Both the position numbers and the translations under genes were made by a program. Under the pieces are notes generated by a model. The model was not told where the DNA came from, made no database searches, and worked only from the letters and a program-made list of their open reading frames with translations. Shown here in pieces: positions 50,834 to 63,438 of a stretch of 64,000 nt of DNA. The stretch covers positions 10,974,001 to 11,038,000 of the forward strand of contig NC_073402.1 of the NCBI RefSeq assembly GCF_028641065.1. Reading direction: 5' to 3'. Position 1 is the stretch's first letter. Every line of letters starts with the position of its first letter. Source of the DNA: Leucoraja erinacea. Its lineage: Eukaryota.

Positions 50834-51509
50834 ACCTATTCCTTCTCTCCAGAGATGCTGCCTGTCCCGCTGAGTCACTCCAGCTTTTTGTGTCTAACTT
50901 GGAGGTAATAATTTGCAGACTGCTGAAGAAGGCTCAATCCATGTTCTAGCATTTAGATAGGTAATATTTCAAAATAATTGTGAGGTGGATTTTGATAGTA
51001 GAAATAGTAAGATTAAACGAGAACTTACCAGTTTGAAGTTTGATCGTTATTTATGAGGAGTAACGTTGAGGGAATACGTGAAGAACCCCGCCATGACGCA
51101 TGCGTGTCATTCTTCAAAGCAGTGGTGTGAAATCACAGATAACTGTAATGACTAAACATAGTAAGATTATAGAAGAGATACCAGTTGAGTATATGATCAA
51201 GGGTGGGAGCGGAGGGCACGTATTCCCTTAACGTTACTCCTCATAAAATAACGATCAAACGTCAAACTGGTAAGTTCTCGTTTAATCTTACTATTTTACT
51301 TCGGAGTCACATGAGTGACTACGTGAAGATTTTAAAGCTCTGTGATTTCATGCCGTGGAAACGAGTCCATGCATCACATCTGCCTTGATTATGGGGAGAA
51401 TAGTGTTAACATCATTAGACATCAATACGATATTGAAAACCAACGATAAATATATTAACACCAAATTATAGCCCCTATTTATGGGGTAAAATTATATTAC
51501 AGAACTTAA

Positions 51510-52214
51510 AATTGTTTCTGCAAATGTTCCAGGTTCAATGACTGGTTTGTTATAAAATCGTTGGAAAGTTTTCTCCGTTGACCATCCTGCTGTCTTGAGG
51601 ATTTGGTCCATAGGAACATCCAACTTCATAGCTGCCGATGTAGCTGCAGCCCTGTGGAGTGAGATTTAAAAATGCTAGTGTCTACTCCAGCCTTTATTAG
51701 GACCTGTTTTAGCCATCTCGAGATGATCTGCACTATCACGCTTTTGTGTGGCTGTTTGTAGCTGATTAAAAGTGCCATTTCTTTGCCTCTGATGATCTTG
51801 GTATACTCCATATATAATAGTAAGTGTGTTACAATACAGAGACGATCATCTGTCGGATAGGCCCTGAATTCTGTTTTTAGGCCTGCTGACCACTGTCTGT
51901 TCTGTTTGACTAATTCATTGATGTGAAAAATTAAATTTCCAGATGAAATTGTCATGTTGTCCAGCCTTAGTTTCTGTAGCGACTGGACCCTTCGTGCCGT
52001 GACCAAGGCCATCAGCATGACTGTTTTCATAGTTAGTTTCTGTAGGGACAGACGGGATGTTCATAGATCTGTGGGTGATGTTATTGTTGTGACAGTACAT
52101 TTCCCATTTCTTGATGTACACCAAGTACTGTTTTTTGGTGGACTGTCTGCGGGCCGCTGAAATAATATGCACTGTTCGGTCCGTCAGTCCCAGGTGTAGT
52201 AGAGGTGCTTTCAA
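51510..52214 (-). pseudogene. DIRS tyrosine recombinase (internally deleted, frameshifted)
   Basis: RRQSTKKQY; LMALVTARRVQSL; ISRWLKQVL..AGVD..FKSHST; then AGWSTEKTFQRFY. Confidence 0.88.
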
Positions 52215-53520
52215 ATTCTACAAATTAATAGGTTTATATAATTATCACATGGGTGACTTTCCCTTGTTACGGGATGAACCAGTAAATTAGGTCTATGATG
52301 GATGGTGATGCATGGTTCTAATACCATGTCGAGTATCACCGGGAACAATGGTTGAGTAGGCCAATCGGGTACTATCAAAATACCAGACGCAGAGTCTTGC
52401 TGTATTTTCCTTAATACCCGACTGATGAGGCAGAAAGGAGGGAATGCATAAATAAACAATTTCCCCCAATGCAGCGAAAATGCATCTGTTGCCGCTGCCC
52501 CAGGGTCTGGTTCCCATGAAACATAATTCGATAACTGGTGATTGAGCCTGGATGCGAATAGATCGATATCTGGTGTTCCATACCATGCTGTAATTTCAGC
52601 AAATACATTTTTATCCAACATCCATTCAGTGTTTTCATTGAATTTGCATGACCTGATGTCTGCCACTAAATTTAGTTTACCTGGTAAGTAGGTAGCAGAT
52701 ATCCATATATCTCTCTGGATACAAGATTGCCAAATTGTGTTGGCCAGATTGTCACATGATGTCAATTTGTTTCCACCCATATGGTTGATATATGCTACCA
52801 CGGTGGTGTTGTCAATTTGTAGTCTAACATGCTGGTGATATAACCCAGAACAATATGACTTAAGGCCATGGAATGCACTTAACATTTCCAGGTAGTTTAT
52901 GCCCAGTGTTTGTAATAATGATGCCTTCTGTGCGTTCCATCTCCCTCCGCAGCTGGCGATGGAATTGGTAGCACCCCAACCAAGTGCACTGGCATCAGTT
53001 TGTAGAACTATAGCCGGGTTGCTGATACTGATTGGATTGGAACAATGCCTAATGTTATCTTTGCACCATTTTAGTTCCATTATGGCCTCTGTTGGTAGCT
53101 TCATTGGTCTGTCAAAATGACCACCATTAATTTTGAGTGCTCGTATTTTAGCCCTGCTTAGCAGTAACAAAGGTTTCCATCTTGAAATGAATATATTGTA
53201 CGAAAGTACTCAAATTAGTCAAATCTATGATGATGTAGCAACCACCATCTTTCTTGTTTATGATAAAGATTTTGGACACGAGTTCCTGTGATTCGTGTTG
53301 GGTTTTCTCAATTACTCCTTCTTTATAAAGCCGCTGTAGTTCAGCATGTGCTTTTGATTTTCCTTTGCCTGTAAGCACGAACATTCGGTTCGGTACATGC
53401 TGAACTGGAGGGTTATGTTTTCGTATAAATTCTATGGTATAACCATATTCTGCTTAAAATATAAGTGTCGGTAGTTAACTTATTCCATGCATCCAGATAG
53501 AATTGTAATCTCCCACCAAC
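52211..53520 (-). pseudogene. DIRS pol: RT N-terminus (rest deleted at about 53157), RNase H, Dam-like methyltransferase
   Basis: KKDGG..IIDLTNL..HFKME; TDASALGWG, INYLEM, DNTTVVAYINHMGG; IDLFASRLN, YAFPPF, LIVPDWP. Confidence 0.9.
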
Positions 53521-54519
53521 CTCCATGCTCCCTTCAATTCGTAAAGAACCAGACCCACCTACCTCCATGGGTACTAGTGGTAGGTTTGTTACTTTTTCGG
53601 CATCCTCCTTGGACGTTGAGGCGCCGATGTCTGGATCTGTAGTTGGGTCAGTGTTGAGGGTTTGTGCATTTTCCAGGAAGGCCGGTCTGGGCCATGGCCT
53701 AATAAAGACCGATGTTGAGTGTTCCTGACCTTCGAGCTTTCACCAGTTTGTCTTGGCCGACTGGTGGGTGTGTAGGGGTGCTGTTTCTGGCCGAAGTCGT
53801 TTTTGGACGTTGCTTTAATGAGCCCCAGGGTTTTAGCCTCTTCGTCAAGTTATTTTACCTGTTTGGATAAGGCACCTCCAAATAGTAATATTGGTGGTTT
53901 GGAGGTTCCAGGTTTGCACAGGCCTGCAAATTTGGGGTCTAAAGCCGGTTGGATGGCACTCTTCCTAATACTATTTAACTCGTATTGGGAGTTGCAAAAT
54001 AAAGCCAGTGCATCCTGGTGATCTTGTGTCACGTCATGTTCGTTTAATGTGCGGGCAAAAGCCGTAATTCCCCCTGTTAGGACTTTCAGAACGTTCTGTA
54101 GTTTCAAGTCCCTGGCTCTGATTGATGCTCCGACATGTTTCCAAATACACTGGGAACATTCAGTGATTTGCAGTTCCCTGGTGGTAAGTGTCTTGCAGTG
54201 GTGTCCAATAATGCCTGCCCTTGTAGCTGGTTGAATGACATGTAGTCGATACTTGCAGCTATTTTAGGCTCCAGGTTTTGGCCAGTTTGGTCGGGTTGAA
54301 TGAACTGGGACACCATATCCAATAGGTTTTCTTGCACCCCATGCACACTAGGGGTATGTTCTGCACCCCTCTGGGTCAGCCCAGAATTGACCCCCCGTAC
54401 TCCCCTCTGATGAGGGAGAAACAATGTGCAGCCCTACAAGAGGTACTGCTGTAGGACTTACTAGCTGCCCACTGTGACTAGTCTCCATCTCCTGGAGCCT
54501 GCCACTTTGGAGTATTTGC

Positions 54520-54697
54520 TCCAACAGCCGCTCCAACTGGCTCTAATGCTCTCGGGCACTGGCCGCTCGCGGCTGCTCTTGTTCCTCAAGCCGCTCCAAC
54601 CGGCTCCAATGCTCACGGGCACTGGCCACTGGCGGCTGCTCCTGAAGCCGCTCCATCCGGCCCCAATGATCATGGGCACTGGCCGCTCGCGGCTGTT
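54520..54697. repeat. ~60-bp tandem repeat (3 units) in DIRS gag
   Basis: AGCCGCTCCAAC.GGCTC.AATGCTC.CGGGCACTGGCC.CT.GCGGCTG repeated. Confidence 0.85.
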
Positions 54698-55814
54698 CAA
54701 AGTCGGACACATCAGAGTCAACGACTCTGTTAGTTTTTTGCTTTGCTTTACCGCCCGGCCATGGCCGGTGCGGGAGCGAAGTCGGGCACAGCTGTTCCCA
54801 TTACGGTAGATTGGTGTGCCGTTGGCTGCTGCTGGCTGCCCGCAACTCCGCGGTTCTCCCCCGCCAGCTTTTTCGCAGCCTTCTTGTTTCTCGTGGATCT
54901 GTCCATGCCTCCACCTGTGAAGTGAGTGGAAAGAACGCAGAGTCTCCTTACCTGCTGTTCCCGGCTTTCAAATTCTGCCGCTAAGGGGAACGTCGTTCCC
55001 CCTGCTGTGACTCGTTGCAATGCGTGTAGCGATATGACATGCATGCGTCCTGGCGGGGTTCTTCACATAGTCACTCACGTGACTCCGAAGTAAAATAGGA
55101 AAACACGTGGTAGAGTCAGGGATTGATATATCAAGGAAATTGCCCCTTCAAACACACATTTGTTTTTTTGGACAATTAAAAGATTTATGGATTAGCGGAG
55201 CTTCATTCATTTCATGCTCATTCATTGTTTCCCAAAATTCCCTTAATATTCAATAATATATCACACAGCTTTGAATATACTTAATGACAGTTTGTATTTA
55301 CTCTACCTGGACAATTTCCTCTGATCTCAGTCTGAAATGATCAATCGTTTGTCATCATGCAGCTACTTCACAAGTTATTTTGGCAGCTGGTAACACCCAG
55401 TATTCCCCACTTCAGCTCACCAGTTGTGAAAGTTGTCACCTTATTCCTGTTTTTGACATTTGAAAATGATCAAAGATAGTTGGGACCTGTCAAAGAGAGA
55501 AAAATCATGCCAATAACTAGATTGCTCTACGAAACTAAACAAAAACAACACACCTCTCTTTTCCCTGCCCCTCCCCCCCCTCCCACCCATCAATCTGAAG
55601 AAGGGTTCCACAAGAAACATCGTCTATCCATTCCCTCCTCAAGTGCTGCCTGACCTGCTGAGTTCTTTGAGCACTTTGCTTTGTACAATCTTGTAGTGTA
55701 ATTCCAGAAAAGTGATCACCATTTCTCTGTACCTAATTTCCATAGAGCCTAATTTGAAATGTCATCTAAGACAATCCTCCTCATTTCTGCACTGATAGCC
55801 TCCTTCAACAGTAA

Positions 55815-56390
55815 TTAGTTTTGCGTATTATTTTTACGTGTACTGAGGTACCATGAAAAGATTGTTGTTGCATGATATCCAGTCAAAGAAAAGACTACGT
55901 GATTACAATCAAACTTAGGTAAGTTTGGGTAATTCACAGGTTTCCAATGTGATGAAGTCAGGACTGCACCTTTGCTGGTGAGAGGACAGTTCAACTGCCT
56001 AATAACAGCTGGGAAGAAACTATCCCTGAATCTGGAGGTATGCAAATCAATCTTCTGTACCTTTTGCCTGATGGGTGAGGGGAGAAGAGGGTATAACTGG
56101 TTCTTGATCATGTTGGTGGCCATGCTGAGGCAGCGTGAAGTGTAGATGGAGTCAATGGAAGGGAAGCTGGTTTGTGTGAATGTCTGGGCTACGTCCAAAA
56201 CTCTGCAATTTCTCTCTGCAGCGGTTCCCAAACCATGCTGTGATGCATCCTGATAATATGCTTTCAAGGGTACATCTGTAGATGTTGGTGAGAATTGTTA
56301 GGGACATGCCAAACTTCCTAAGCCTTCTAAGGAAGTAGAGGTGTTGTCATGCTTTCTTGGCAATTACTTTGCTGTGGCTGGTCCAGGACA
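55815..56390 (-). mobile_element. Decayed Rex1/Babar LINE 3' fragment
   Basis: PSIDSIYTSRCL and HTSRFRDSFFPAVIR. Confidence 0.75.
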
Positions 56391-56883
56391 AATTGCTAGT
56401 GCTTTTTATTCCAGCAATAATGCAATGCTCGCTCCTCTTTATATCTACTCCACTCCAGTATCACACTTGAAATATCCTTACTTCAATGGAATGTTGAGTT
56501 ACCAGTCCTGCTCTGCTTTCAACCATGTTTTGGTGATTGTAACAATATCATCAAGTGTATTCAAGGTTGAGAGATCGAGAGACCTTGCAGGGAAATCAAA
56601 CATTATAGTCATTGGGCATGAGAGTTCAGTTAAAGCAAAAGGTCAAGTCAGCCATGACATTCAATAGCAAAGCAGGTTATTTCCTTATGTTTTATTGTGG
56701 AATGTTTTCCTTTTATCAAATATTGAAATCTAGAACAATATTTGCTTTATCTTCCATAAATTTAGTTTTCTGCTTTGCTCTTTATTTCAGATTTTAAGTA
56801 AAATTACGGGAAAAATAATAATTTACAACCTTCTTATTTGATCAATCTAAAATGTCCAGGTGTGTTTGTCACTTCAGCTCCAT

Positions 56884-56887
<4 letters not shown>

Positions 56888-56919
<32 letters not shown>
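56888..56919. repeat. Poly-G tract
   Basis: Run of more than 30 G. Confidence 0.9.
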
Positions 56920-56920
<1 letters not shown>

Positions 56921-58472
56921 GTCTGGCATGCAGCAGCTGAGAACATGAACCAAATACGAGTGGAATTATAATTGCATCCTACCAATCAATGGCATGATGC
57001 ATTATAATTCGAAAAGTCAACTTCACTGAACTACCCTTATTCCCAACATTGCACAGAACAGCAACATCCTTTTTGATGTGTGAGAGTGACAACTCAGTGG
57101 AGAAGCAAATTGCTTTTAATGAGATGATTAGTCACTGGTCAGAAATTATTTCTGTTTTCTTGGTATCTACAATGACAAAGACAAAACAAACATTTGGTTC
57201 CTACCACATTATAATTCAGTTAGATGAATTGTCAATATATCCTTTTATTCTAAATTACTTCAATTTGCTCTCATAACACAAAACAAGGCAAAGGTACATC
57301 AGTTTGAAGAATTGTCCAAACATAAAATGTTGCATGTGCATTCCCTCCCCAGATGCTGCATGACCCGCTGATTTCCTCCGGCACTTAGTGTTTTCTTCAA
57401 GATTCCAGCATCCGTAGTCTCTTGTGTTGGCAAAAGTGCTCTATTTTAAGGATTGTGGCATTAAATGTTTGTGGAATGTATTTTCATGTGAAACTCATTC
57501 CCTTATGTCATCTGTGTGGTTATCTCTGTGTCTGAGGAAACCCATAATCAACTGTCCACGTATTGACCAAACGTTAGTGGTAACACAAGTAAAACTATGG
57601 TAGTTCAATAATAATAACTAAACAGAATTCACTGCTCACAGACAGGAAAGTTGATGCAAGCAGATTATATTTATCTTTATCATCCACTTGGGAAATTATT
57701 TTTATCATATTTTACACATCCTGTTCCCATTTTCTGATAGTATTGCCAAAGGATCTTGTAGGTACAATCTTCAGCAAACAGAATGATGTGCCTTCCAAAG
57801 CATTAATCAAATTGATAACCCATCTCAACATCATTGAGCCACAATAACCAGCATGCACAAGAATAACTGCAAGGGACAAGCAGTTCTTTGGTGATGTCCA
57901 AAAAGAGAAAAAAAAATCACAAGATAAGAAATAAAAATAATCAAATAGATTTGCACTGAGAAGTCAAGTTGTTGATAAGACTTGTATCTGGGCCCCATAG
58001 CGTTGAGATTTTCAGTTTCAATACAATTGTATGAGCTTCATTGAGATACGAGTAGATTAAGAGTGGTTGGAGGAGGAACTAGGTAAAATTATGAAATTGA
58101 GGAAGATAGAGAGTTGTGATAATAGTGGATCAGAGATATTGGTATTATCAGTCTGAAAAAGGGTCCCAATCCTAAACATCTCCTGCCTATTCCTTCGCCA
58201 GATGTTGCCAGATCTACTGAGATCCTCCAGCACTGTTAATTGCTCAAGATTCCAGCATTGGTAATTTCTTGTGTCTATTGTTATTAAATTAATGACTGAA
58301 TTTATAATTTTGCTGTAGATTTCTGCAGACCAGTAAGTTGGTGTTTTGTTTGATTACTGGGCAAGATAAAGCATAGTTTATTAATATTTTGCATTTCAAC
58401 GTAATGTGTGCCTAACTTAACACATTTGAGCATTTTAAATCATTTAATGGTTGAACTGCTAAAGTCATTTGC

Positions 58473-59990
58473 ATAGAAACATAAAAATTAGGTGCAGGAG
58501 TAGGCCATTCGGCCCTTTGACCAACACCGCCATTCAAGATGATCATGGCTGATCATTCAAAATCAGCACCCCGTTCCTGCTTTCTCCCCATAGCCCATTG
58601 ATTCCGTTAGCCCAGCATGCGATTCCGTGAGCTATATCCAACTCTCTCTTGAGCACTGTGTAGCCCATGTTATAATTCCCAAAATGCAACATCTGGCATT
58701 TCTCTGTATTAAATTCCATCAAACATTCCTCAGCCCACCTGCTGCAATTTTTTTACAACCATCTTCACTATCTACATTGCCACCCACTATTGTGTCATCA
58801 TAAGATCATAAGTGATAGGAGCAGAATGAGGCCATTCGGCCCATCAAGTCTATTCCACAATTCAACCATGGCTGATCTATCTCTCCCTCTTAACCCTATT
58901 CTCCTGCCTTCTCCCCATAACCTCTGACACCAGTATTAATAATGAATCTATCTATCTCTGCCTTATCATTTGCAAACTTGCTAATCATGCCATGTACATT
59001 GTCATCCAAATCATTGATATAGATGTCAAACAACAATGGGTCAAGCACCAACCCCTAATTTCAAGCTTCCAGTAAAAAAAACAATCTTCGGCCATCGCCC
59101 TCTGGTTCCTTCCATGAAGTCAAATTTCTATCCATTCAGATATCTCTCCTAGGATCCCGTGCAATTTCACCTTCCAGAGCAACCTACCATGTGGAACCTT
59201 GTTGAATGCCTTAAGGGGCTGTCCCACGAGCATGCGACTCCATGCGGCAAACACGACCTAAAGGGCCTGTCCCACCAGCATGCGACTCCATGCGGCAAAC
59301 GCGACCTAACGTGGTCGCTTGAGCCATACGGCCTCGCGGAGCTGGTCCTACTTCGAATATGGAGTTGTGCGGAGCTGGTCTCGACATTGCGCGGGGCTCC
59401 CAAAAACTGAACATATTCAAAAATTCCGTGCGGCAACGGCCTGCCGGCCCGCAGACGCCTCAATACCGCACGCACCGCCTCAACGCCGTACATCATGCGC
59501 AGACTTCGCTCGAACTTCATGTCACTCACTCGACCTCCGCGCGGCCCCCGCTTCTGGTTTGGTCGCGCTTGCCGCATGCAGTCGCATGCTCGTCGGACAG
59601 GCCCTTTAGGTCGCGCTTGCCGCATGGAGTCGCATGCTCGTGGGACAGGCCCTTTACTAAAACCCACATATACAACGTCTATAGCTCTGCCCTCCAATCT
59701 TTTTGGTCACATCTTCAAAAAAAACAGTTTTGTATGAAATGACCTTCCATATACAAAACATGCAGACTATCCCTAATCAGCCCCTGTCCATCAAAATGCA
59801 TGTACATCTTACTCCTTGGAATACTTTCCAGTAACTTTTGACCACAGATGTTGGGCTCACTGGTGTGTAGTTTCCAGCCTTTCCCCTGCAGCCCTTCTTA
59901 CATAGACGTGCTGAATTTGTCTTCTGGCACCTCACCTGTATTTAATGATGACGTGTAAATCTCAGCCAGGGTATCTGCAATTACGTCTAC
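58473..59990 (-). mobile_element. Decayed CR1 fragments (two 3'UTRs) hosting the MITE
   Basis: CATAGAAACATA tail and GGTGCAGGAGTAGGCCATTCGGCCC; peptides GRAIDVVYVGFSK and LAEIYTSSLNTGEVPED. Confidence 0.75.
59214..59653. mobile_element. PIF/Harbinger-like MITE with doubled termini
   Basis: Perfect TTA TSD (59211-59213 and 59654-59656); same TIR and body as 26477; CR1 frame restored on removal. Confidence 0.88.
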
Positions 59991-61343
59991 ATAATTCAAG
60001 CATGGAATAAATGTTAAAATGCCTAGTATATAAGGTTTTGGCCACCACTGTGAAAGAAAATCAGGTAAATCATGCTTTGTATCTGGTAAATTGATATTAT
60101 TAAAGCAGGTCTGTCTAATCACATCTCTGCAGTTGTTAAGTGTTGCAGGATTTCTTACATTGCAGCAGTGGCACAGCCTTAAAAATGTTTCTTTGGATGT
60201 GAAAAGGCCAGGAAAAGGCCAGGGTCATGAAAAGCATGATATAACGGTAAATGTCAGCCTCTTTCTTCATTGACATCACTATATAAACATGGAAATGTAG
60301 AAAGGTAAAAGCAGAAGGGGGTCACTACGCCAACCTCAGGCTTGCTGCACCATCCAGTTTTATCACAAATATTCATTACACAGTCAGTAACTAGCTCTCT
60401 TCCTTGATTCTTCCAGCCCAAGAAAAGGGACTCGATTCTTTTTGAGTACCTTTAATGATTTGTCCTCAATTGCTTTTCGTTCGAAAATTCCACATGTTCA
60501 CCACTCTGGGAGAAATAAAATCTCCTCATCTCCGTCTTAAATGGCTTAGCTCTTATCTTTAGACTATAATAGAATCCGTTTCACAGCTCACTCTCAATGC
60601 CACCTATTCTCACCCCTCCGTACAGAACACTGAGCCTCCAAACTGTAATTGGTATTGGAGATTCTGTTTAGGTGTAGTAACATTTTAGATTAAATTACCT
60701 TTATGTTGATTGGTGTGAACGGATAATCTTTGTTTCATTGTTTGTGCCTCTTACTCAGTAAAATTACAGTGTGATTGTGCACATAATATATCCACTGATA
60801 TAATAGTCTGCAATAATCAGCCCTCTACACGAATCAGCCGTGACCATTTGAGAAAATTACAGTGCTTCCTAAATAATAATTAATTGTGTTATTGCATGGA
60901 TTGGATTGGATTACATCACTTTAGAAAGATCAAATATTGAATATCTCCAATGCTTTCCGATATAGTTTATATTTCAGTTGGAGAAAAAAAGGCCCTTTGT
61001 TAAATTATTTCAACTTTTTCTTTCGCTGAAGTATGGCGTTATAAATGAAAATTTATATCTTAAACATTATTTCTTAAACAAACAATGATTGTCTTCGAAT
61101 GTTCTAATATTGTAAAGTTTATTGTTGAAAATCATGGATATCAGCCAGATATATTTGGATGCGTACAATCCAGTAATTCCTTTGATAGACATTGTAGTTT
61201 AAAAGCAACTGCTTGCTAAACTTGTTTAACTGAATGCAGAATAATTTCATGCCTTCTATAATCTAATTTTCTGCATCTAAAAGTTACTGGAGCATACAGA
61301 GATACCTTGCCATTATTATCATATTATCATTCCACATACTTAC

Positions 61344-61501
61344 TATATAAAATAAGTGATCCTTGCAAATGAGATCAAGTCTTTGTTGGCAATGCCATAA
61401 TGGGTATTTGGGATTGATTGTCACCAACGTCACTCGGTCAGAAAGCATCAGCAATGTTTCAGCTGTAGATCTAATCCCTTCCAGCACATCAGTAACATTG
61501 A
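61344..61501 (-). CDS. Candidate 158-nt host exon (NVTDVLEGIRSTAETLL...KDHLFYI), protein not recognised
   Basis: Acceptor TGTTTCTGTTGCACAG and donor GTAAGT; fully open frame (phase 1 to 0) in unique AT-rich DNA. Confidence 0.5.
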
Positions 61502-61719
61502 CTGTGCAACAGAAACAGTATAGGCTCTTCACAATATAATGGTAGCATTGAAATATAGAATTATTAAGTGCAAAGGAAAACTCTTCGGCTCATTGAATAT
61601 TAAAACCAGTTCATTAACAGAGTTTGCCACTTGGTCTTCCCCCAGAAGTAAATGTTTTCATATTTGTGTAATCATTCCTGACCTGAGACTAAAGGATAGT
61701 AGGGGATGTATGATGATAG

Positions 61720-62310
61720 ATGCTCCCTTGTTTAAGTTTATTATTGTCAGTTACTGAAAAGCTTTGTTTTGCATGCTGTCCAAACAGATCAGATATAAAC
61801 TATATCTGTACAATAGATGGAGCAAAGGGGAAGATAGAGAGTGCAGAATATAGTTCTCAGCAATGTTGCGCATCAGTTTCTTAAACAAAGTCCAATGTCC
61901 TCAATGAGGTTGAGGTGGAACAAACAGTACTCTGGCTTATGGAAGGACCAGCTGTATTTCATGTAAATTATTTCGATAGTGGGGAGGGCTATGCCCATAA
62001 TTGACTGGGCATAATCCACCACTTTCTGCAGTCCTTGCACAGCTGAGCTTTAGTATTGTATCAGGTCTTCATACAACCAGTCGGGACACTTTCTGCAATG
62101 CATCTGTAAAGGTTTGTTAGAGTGTTCAGAAACATGCTGAGCCTCGTTAAACATAAGAAAATAGAGACATGGGGCACCTTCTTTGTGATTACATCTATGT
62201 GCTAGGCCCCAGACAGGTCATCTGAGATGTTAACAGCCAGGAATTTAAAGCTGCTAACTCTCTCCACGGTCGACTCACCCATGAAACCCATGTGTGGTCT
62301 CCAACTTCCC
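61720..62310 (-). mobile_element. Decayed Rex1-like fragments
   Basis: Tail TGACAATAATAAAC on the minus strand; AALNSWLLTSQMTCLG is an off-frame of the FKFL(G)VNISDDL motif. Confidence 0.5.
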
Positions 62311-62849
62311 CTTTCTGAAGTTCACTTTCCAGAGACTGCAGAGGCTGGGTATGTTTCCTTGAAGCAGAGGAGGCTGAGCGGAAACATTTAGAGGTATACC
62401 AAAAGTACAAGGAGAATAGACATATAGTTCCATGAGGCTTTCTCCAAATCATGTGAAAAATTTCACGGTGAGTGGGGAAGAGGCTGACAGGGGATCTGAG
62501 GGAGATTTTCTTTTCACCCAGAATGTTCTGGAATGTGTTGCCTGAGAGGGTGGTGGAAGTGAGTATTCTCACCACTGAAGAAATTAGGGATGAACACTTG
62601 AATTGCCATGGCATAGAAGGCTATGGGGCAAGCACTGGTAAATGGTACTCGTGTAGAGTGGACATGGGCAAGGTGGGCCAGAGCCTGCTTCTGTGCTGTA
62701 TGAAATGACTCGGATAGCTGCTAAAATCATGGGCCTCAGGCCACATAGACCAGCGCAGCACAAGGTCAGGCCTTTCAGGCCATAATGTCAAGACCATCTC
62801 TGATCTATCTGCACATAATCCATATCCCACCATTGCTCTGTACTCTATA

Positions 62850-63064
62850 TAGTGGAATTCTCTGCCTCAGAGGGCAGTGGAGGCGGGTTCTCTGGATGCT
62901 TTCAAGAGAGAGCTAGATAGGGCTCTCAAAAATAGCGGAGTCAGGAGATATGGGGAGAAGGCAGGAACGGGGTACTGATTGGGGATGATCAGCCATGATC
63001 ACATTGAATGGCGGTGCTGGCTCGAAGGGCTGAATGGCCTACACCTGCACCTATTGTCTATTGT
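62850..63064 (+). mobile_element. CR1 3' end
   Basis: GGAATTCTCTGCCTCAGAGGGCAGTGGAGGC...GAATGGCCTACACCTGCACCTATTGTCTATTGTC, homologous to 7040-7253. Confidence 0.85.
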
Positions 63065-63315
63065 CGATACCTGTCTGATCCATGTACCTGTCTAATGTTT
63101 CTTAAAAGTTACGATATGTAAAAAAGGTTGCCGACCCCTGGACTAAACCAAACCCTTGAGCCTGTCCCACCAGCCTTAGTGTTCATTGATATATTATTCA
63201 CAATATTAGGATTTTGTAGAGGGAGAGAGAGAGATAGGTTGAATGAAGGTATGAAAGAAAGAAAGAAAAAGGTTGCTCAACAAATAATTAGAGATCACAA
63301 GAGAGAAACAAGAGA

Positions 63316-63438
63316 ATGTATATATGTGTGTTATATATTTATGTATGTATATGTCACACATATATATATGCATCATATATATATAATGAATGTGTTTATA
63401 TATATATAAGAAACTAGAAAAAAATATATATGTGTGTG
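63316..63438. repeat. Degenerate (AT)n/(GT)n microsatellite
   Basis: Visible TA/TG runs. Confidence 0.8.

Larger units (their letters stand above)
47605..50897. mobile_element. Penelope composite: inverted 3' copy (minus, 47605 to about 48712) joined to a sense copy (plus, about 48710-50897)
   Basis: 12-bp TSD CTTGGAGGTAAT at 47593-47604 and 50898-50909; GIY-YIG remnants on both arms; hammerheads at 47705-47732 (-) and 50806-50833 (+). Confidence 0.88.
51002..55095 (-). mobile_element. DIRS1-type retrotransposon with gag, partial RT, RNase H, DNA N6-methyltransferase-like domain and tyrosine recombinase
   Basis: ITRs (about 51075-51110 and 55034-55070), ICR about 51217-51329, TTTT termini, coding remnants listed below. 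Confidence 0.93.
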
